DNA of 49,912 bases from Gemmatimonadales bacterium (GTDB lineage: Bacteria; Gemmatimonadota; Gemmatimonadetes; Gemmatimonadales; GWC2-71-9): the NCBI GenBank assembly GCA_038321865.1, contig JBBQFH010000024.1:1-49912 (forward strand), in the 5' to 3' direction. This document shows positions 46,220 to 49,912 of the stretch, one piece after another (the first letter of the stretch is position 1; every line of letters begins with the position of its first letter). The notes below the pieces were generated by a model that saw nothing but the letters and a program-made list of their open reading frames with translations, was not told the origin of the DNA and did no database searches. The position numbers were made by a program, and so were the translations under genes.

Positions 46220-47332
46220 GTGCCGACGCTGCTCCACGTGCTCGCCCCCGCCCCCGTCGGCGGGCTGGAAAGCGTCGTCCGTGCTCTCGCCGGCGGTCAG
46301 GTCAGCCGGGGCCATCGCGTGCACGCGGCGCTTGTGGTGGAGCCCGGGATCGTGCCGGCTCTCGCGGCATCGCTCGAGAGCGCCGGCGTCGAAACGCATG
46401 TGCTGGAGCTCGGGGCCCGGGCCTATCTCGCGGAGCGCGCCGCGATCGAGGGTCTCGCCCAGTTCACCGGCGCCGACATCGTTCACACTCACGGCTATCG
46501 TCCCGACGTGATCGCGGCATCGGCCGCCCGCGCTGCCGGCGTGAAGGTGGTCTCGACCGTCCACGGCTTCATCGGCGGCTCGCGCCGGGGCCGCCTGAAT
46601 GAATGGGTCCAGCGCCGGGCCCTCCGGCGGGCCGAAGCGGTGATCGCGGTCTCCCGCCCCCTCGTGGAGCGCCTCGCGTCCGCGGGAATTTCCCGGGATC
46701 GGATCCACCTGCTGCCGAATGCCTGGGCTGGAAGCGTCGCCCCCCTCGATCGCGCGGCCGCCCGCCGTGCCCTCGGGCTGACGGAGGGACGAACGACCCT
46801 GGGGTGGGTCGGGCGGCTCAGTCCTGAAAAAGGTCCCGACCTCCTGCTCGACGCGCTCGCGACGCTGGGGGACCTCCCCCTGGACGTATCGATCCTCGGG
46901 GGCGGCCGGGACGCCGCCGCGCTTCAGGCGCGGACCGAGGGATGGAATGGCCCCAGAGTGCGCTGGCATGGCGTGCTGGCGGACGCCTCCCGCTATTTTG
47001 CGGCGTTCGACGTGTACGCCCTCACGTCGCGGACCGAAGGGACGCCGATTTCGCTGCTGGAGGCCGTAGCCGGGGCCGTTCCGGTGATTGCCACTGCCGT
47101 CGGAGGAGTGCCCGACGTGACCGGGGCAGACGGGGCAATCCTCGTGCCTCCCGATGCCTCAGCCATTGCCGCCGGCATCCGCTCGGCCCTGGGCGACCCG
47201 GCTTCCGGCCGCATCCGTGCCCAGGCGGCCAGGCGACGTCTCGACTCGGAGTTCTCGGCCGACCGCTGGCTCGACCGGCACGACGCGATCTATCAGAGTC
47301 TTCTAGGCAGGAGCACCGTCACGGCATCATGA
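46220..47332 (+). CDS. GT4 glycosyltransferase
   Basis: GGLE, HTHGY, TVHG, GRLSPEKG, SRTEGTPISLLEA, VGGVP. GTG after GAGG. Confidence 0.9.
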   Translation: MPTLLHVLAPAPVGGLESVVRALAGGQVSRGHRVHAALVVEPGIVPALAASLESAGVETHVLELGARAYLAERAAIEGLAQFTGADIVHTHGYRPDVIAASAARAAGVKVVSTVHGFIGGSRRGRLNEWVQRRALRRAEAVIAVSRPLVERLASAGISRDRIHLLPNAWAGSVAPLDRAAARRALGLTEGRTTLGWVGRLSPEKGPDLLLDALATLGDLPLDVSILGGGRDAAALQARTEGWNGPRVRWHGVLADASRYFAAFDVYALTSRTEGTPISLLEAVAGAVPVIATAVGGVPDVTGADGAILVPPDASAIAAGIRSALGDPASGRIRAQAARRRLDSEFSADRWLDRHDAIYQSLLGRSTVTAS

Positions 47333-48507
47333 GCGATTCCCTCGACGTCCTTGGCTTCGCCCTCGTGCTGGCGCCGGTCAGCCTCTTCCTCTACGCCTAT
47401 CTCGGCTATCCCCTCCTGCTCAGACTGGTCTGCGCCTTCCGGCGGACCCGCGCCATTCCGGACGACGGGGGAGAGCTTCCGACGATCAGCATCACGATTC
47501 CGGCCTATAACGAGGAGCGCTCGATCGCCGCCACGCTGGACCGGCTGCTCGCCATCGACTATCCGGCGGACAAGCGACAGATCCTGATCGTCTCGGACGC
47601 GTCCACCGATCGCACGGACGAGATCGTCCGCAGCTATGCCGACCGGGGCGTGGAGCTCCTTCGCATGGCCGAGCGCACCGGTAAGACGGCGGCCGAAAAC
47701 GCGGCGTCGGCGCTGCTCCGAGGCGATATCGTCGTCAACATGGATGCGACCATCAGCCTCCGGCCCGATTCGGTCCAGCGGCTGGTCCGGGCCTTTGCCG
47801 ACCCCACGATCGGCGTGGCGTCGGGTCGGGACGTCAGCACCGGGGCGGTGGGGGCGGAGCAGAGCGGGGCCGAGTCGGGATACGTAGGATACGAGATGTG
47901 GCTCAGGGATCTCGAGACCCGGGTCGGCACGATCGTGGGGGCGAGCGGCTGCTTCTACGCCATTCGGCGTGAGCTGGTCCAGCCACTCTTTCCCGGCGCC
48001 CTGAGCCGCGACTTTGCCGCGCCGCTCATCGCCCACGAGGCGGGACTTCGCTCCGTGTCCGTATCGGACGCCCTGTGCATGGTGCCGCGGACCGGCTCGC
48101 TCCAGGCCGAGTACAAGCGCAAGGTCAGGACGATGGCGCGGGGGCTGGACACGCTGGAACACAAGGCGCACCTTCTAAACCTGTTCCGGCACGGCCTGTT
48201 CGCCTGGATGCTCATCAGCCACAAGCTCTGCCGCTGGCTGGTGTTCCTGCTGCTGCCGGGGCTCCCGATCGGCCTGGGGCTGCTGGTGGGCGATGTGCCG
48301 CTGGCCGACTGGGCGCTCGTTGTGGTGCTCCTGGGAGTCGCCATCGGCCTCCTGGGATGGAAATGGCCCTTCGAGCGCAAGGCGCCCCGCCTGGTCAGGC
48401 TGGCAGGCTTCGGGCTGGCCTCCTGCGTGGCCGGCTTCATCGCCTGGACCAAGCTGCTCCGGAATGAGCGCAACCCGATCTGGGAGCCGACCCGCCGGAC
48501 GGCCTGA
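47329..48507 (+). CDS. Membrane GT2 glycosyltransferase (PgaC/CesA-like)
   Basis: N-terminal TM (YLGYP), IPAYNEE, SDASTD, GK, MDA, G..YAIRR, RKVR, C-terminal TMs. ATGA overlap. Confidence 0.9.
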   Translation: MSDSLDVLGFALVLAPVSLFLYAYLGYPLLLRLVCAFRRTRAIPDDGGELPTISITIPAYNEERSIAATLDRLLAIDYPADKRQILIVSDASTDRTDEIVRSYADRGVELLRMAERTGKTAAENAASALLRGDIVVNMDATISLRPDSVQRLVRAFADPTIGVASGRDVSTGAVGAEQSGAESGYVGYEMWLRDLETRVGTIVGASGCFYAIRRELVQPLFPGALSRDFAAPLIAHEAGLRSVSVSDALCMVPRTGSLQAEYKRKVRTMARGLDTLEHKAHLLNLFRHGLFAWMLISHKLCRWLVFLLLPGLPIGLGLLVGDVPLADWALVVVLLGVAIGLLGWKWPFERKAPRLVRLAGFGLASCVAGFIAWTKLLRNERNPIWEPTRRTA

Positions 48508-48652
48508 CCGGCGGGCGTGCCCGAGGGTGCATCCGCCTGTTGTTGCCCCGGTGCCTCAGTGCCGCAGGCAGTGGTCGTTCCGGACTCGGTGCAATTTGTT
48601 GCAACGCGTTGTTTCATAAGAAGTTAACTGCCGTCGCTCCCGTGTCGTTCGC

Positions 48653-48668
48653 TAGCACAGGGCTTGCG
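48653..48668 (+). promoter_or_regulatory. Possible degenerate sigma-54 promoter
   Basis: TAGCAC-AGGGC-TTGCG has correct spacing but AG replaces the near-invariant GG. Same context as the site at 18567. Confidence 0.3.
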
Positions 48669-48705
48669 AACACCCCCTCCGCTGGCCGTGGTCTCTGGCC
48701 ACACG

Positions 48706-49263
48706 ATGCAGGGGCAGGACACAGGAGCCATTCAGTCGGAGGGTCGCATTACAACCGTCTCCCGTGCCGGTCGTTCCAGTCTCATCGCTGCGATGTATGC
48801 GATGGCGGCTGCCCTGGTCCTTTCGACGATGATGGATGTCTTCATCCGAATGTGGCCGGTTCAACTGGGCAGCCGGGATTGGCGATTCGGCGCATTTGGT
48901 CTCCTGCTTTCCGGTCCCGTTACACCGCTGCTGGGTCTCGCGCTGGCGATGGCTGCCGGCTTCCTGGCCCGAAGCCATCGTGTGGTGCGTGTGTTGTCGG
49001 TCGTGGCGCTCGCCGTCGCCGTCATCCTGACGCTGACGCTGATCGCGTTCCTGATCGACTACTCCGCGCTGAGATCGACGGTGGATGCGCAGCTCAAGCT
49101 CACCTTCACGGTGGCCACGACCAAGGCAGTGATTCTCGCCCTGTTCGTGATCCCTTCGGCGCTGGCGCTCGGCCTTGGCGGCCTGCGCTCGGTGCAGGAG
49201 TCCGTGACAGGAGATGGCGAGCGGCCGGGGCGTCGGGGCAGTCTCGTTGTTGGTCAACCTTAG
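48706..49263 (+). CDS. 4-TM membrane protein, HpsJ-like, copy 2
   Basis: WPVQLGSRDWRFG motif; aligns along its length with 18679-19182 (D, P..G...W.FG, LG, VR..S, LD/ID, TV, KAV, G..GLR). Start uncertain. Confidence 0.65.
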   Translation: MQGQDTGAIQSEGRITTVSRAGRSSLIAAMYAMAAALVLSTMMDVFIRMWPVQLGSRDWRFGAFGLLLSGPVTPLLGLALAMAAGFLARSHRVVRVLSVVALAVAVILTLTLIAFLIDYSALRSTVDAQLKLTFTVATTKAVILALFVIPSALALGLGGLRSVQESVTGDGERPGRRGSLVVGQP

Positions 49264-49279
49264 GCACACAGGAGTTCAG

Positions 49280-49912
49280 ATGAAGGCACACAAGGCATTG
49301 GGTCAGGCCGCATTCGTTGCGGCGCTCGCCCTGTTCGCGGCGCCGACGGCGCACGCGGACGGCGTGCTGATCACCGGCGGTTCCATCGGTGGCCAGGTGT
49401 ACAAGGCGGGGACGGACAACATTTTCGTGAAGTTCATCGGCAAGCAGGCGGCCTACACCAACGACCTGTATTTCTACCTGACCGTTGGCGGCACCAATCA
49501 GTTCCTGCTCCGGAACAACGTCGCTGAAGGCACCGTTGTCGAGGCCACTGCCTCGTCCGCGCTTGCCACCGGCGCCGAAGCGATCTTCTCGATCTGCGCC
49601 AATCTGGGCGCCGCGGCACCGGGCACCGGCTGCACGGCGTCCAATCAGTACTACACGGGCCCCGCGTCGCGTAACCCGGATACCCGCTTCCACGCGGCCG
49701 TCTGGACGCGCGAGGCGTACCTCGCCGGCTGCGCGCTGTCGCCGACGAACTGCTCGGCCAACACCGCGACTCTGCTCAGCGATCCGGCCTACAACCTCGT
49801 GATCGGCTTCGAGGACTCGTTCAACTACAACATCGACAGCGACTTCAACGACGTCGTCTTCGCCGTTCGCGGCACCGTGACGCCGGAACCGGTCACCATG
49901 TCGCTGCTCGCC
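49280..49912 (+). CDS. PEP-CTERM protein with DUF4114-like domain, 3' end beyond the window
   Basis: Translated by hand: AGGAG RBS, MKAHKALGQAAFVAALALFAAPTAHA signal peptide, NPD, IGFEDS..DSDFNDVVF, ends TPEPVTMSLLA. Absent from the ORF track. Confidence 0.92.
   Translation, partial: MKAHKALGQAAFVAALALFAAPTAHADGVLITGGSIGGQVYKAGTDNIFVKFIGKQAAYTNDLYFYLTVGGTNQFLLRNNVAEGTVVEATASSALATGAEAIFSICANLGAAAPGTGCTASNQYYTGPASRNPDTRFHAAVWTREAYLAGCALSPTNCSANTATLLSDPAYNLVIGFEDSFNYNIDSDFNDVVFAVRGTVTPEPVTMSLLA

Noticed and set aside
1..49912. rRNA, tRNA, CRISPR arrays, IS elements, prophage genes
   Set aside because: None recognised by eye; intergenic gaps are short and mostly accounted for.

Overview
GC-rich bacterial chromosomal segment; the gene set and PEP-CTERM style suggest Gemmatimonadota (inference). 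About 1-13.3 kb is housekeeping-type: PorX-like receiver/PglZ protein, CgeB-like glycosyltransferase, patatin, lone peptide ABC permease, class V PLP enzyme, DUF853/HerA-like ATPase, tyrS, PBP1A, amidohydrolase, argR and an HNH nuclease. At 13.5-17.2 kb is a coupled three-gene module (small helical protein, double-domain KaiC-like ATPase with a C-terminal winged HTH, PAS hybrid histidine kinase), followed by a VanZ-like gene. From 18.7 kb to the end is a PEP-CTERM/exosortase-type exopolysaccharide locus (epimerase, two deacetylases, FemAB-like and ATP-grasp proteins, aminotransferase, heparinase II/III-like protein, many glycosyltransferases, Wzx, Wzy/ligase, methyltransferases). It is bracketed by two copies of the same unit: a 4-TM HpsJ-like gene followed by a PEP-CTERM gene. 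The most notable signal lies in the lower-GC middle of the locus. Two GEMM-I (c-di-GMP-I family) riboswitches both carry A at the ligand-discriminating position 20, the 3',3'-cGAMP signature. Each has a conserved ON-type terminator platform and precedes a secreted lipoprotein, and the two proteins share a C-terminal lyase/lectin-like domain. No rRNA, tRNA, CRISPR array or transposase was seen. All family assignments are by motif recognition only; no searches were run.
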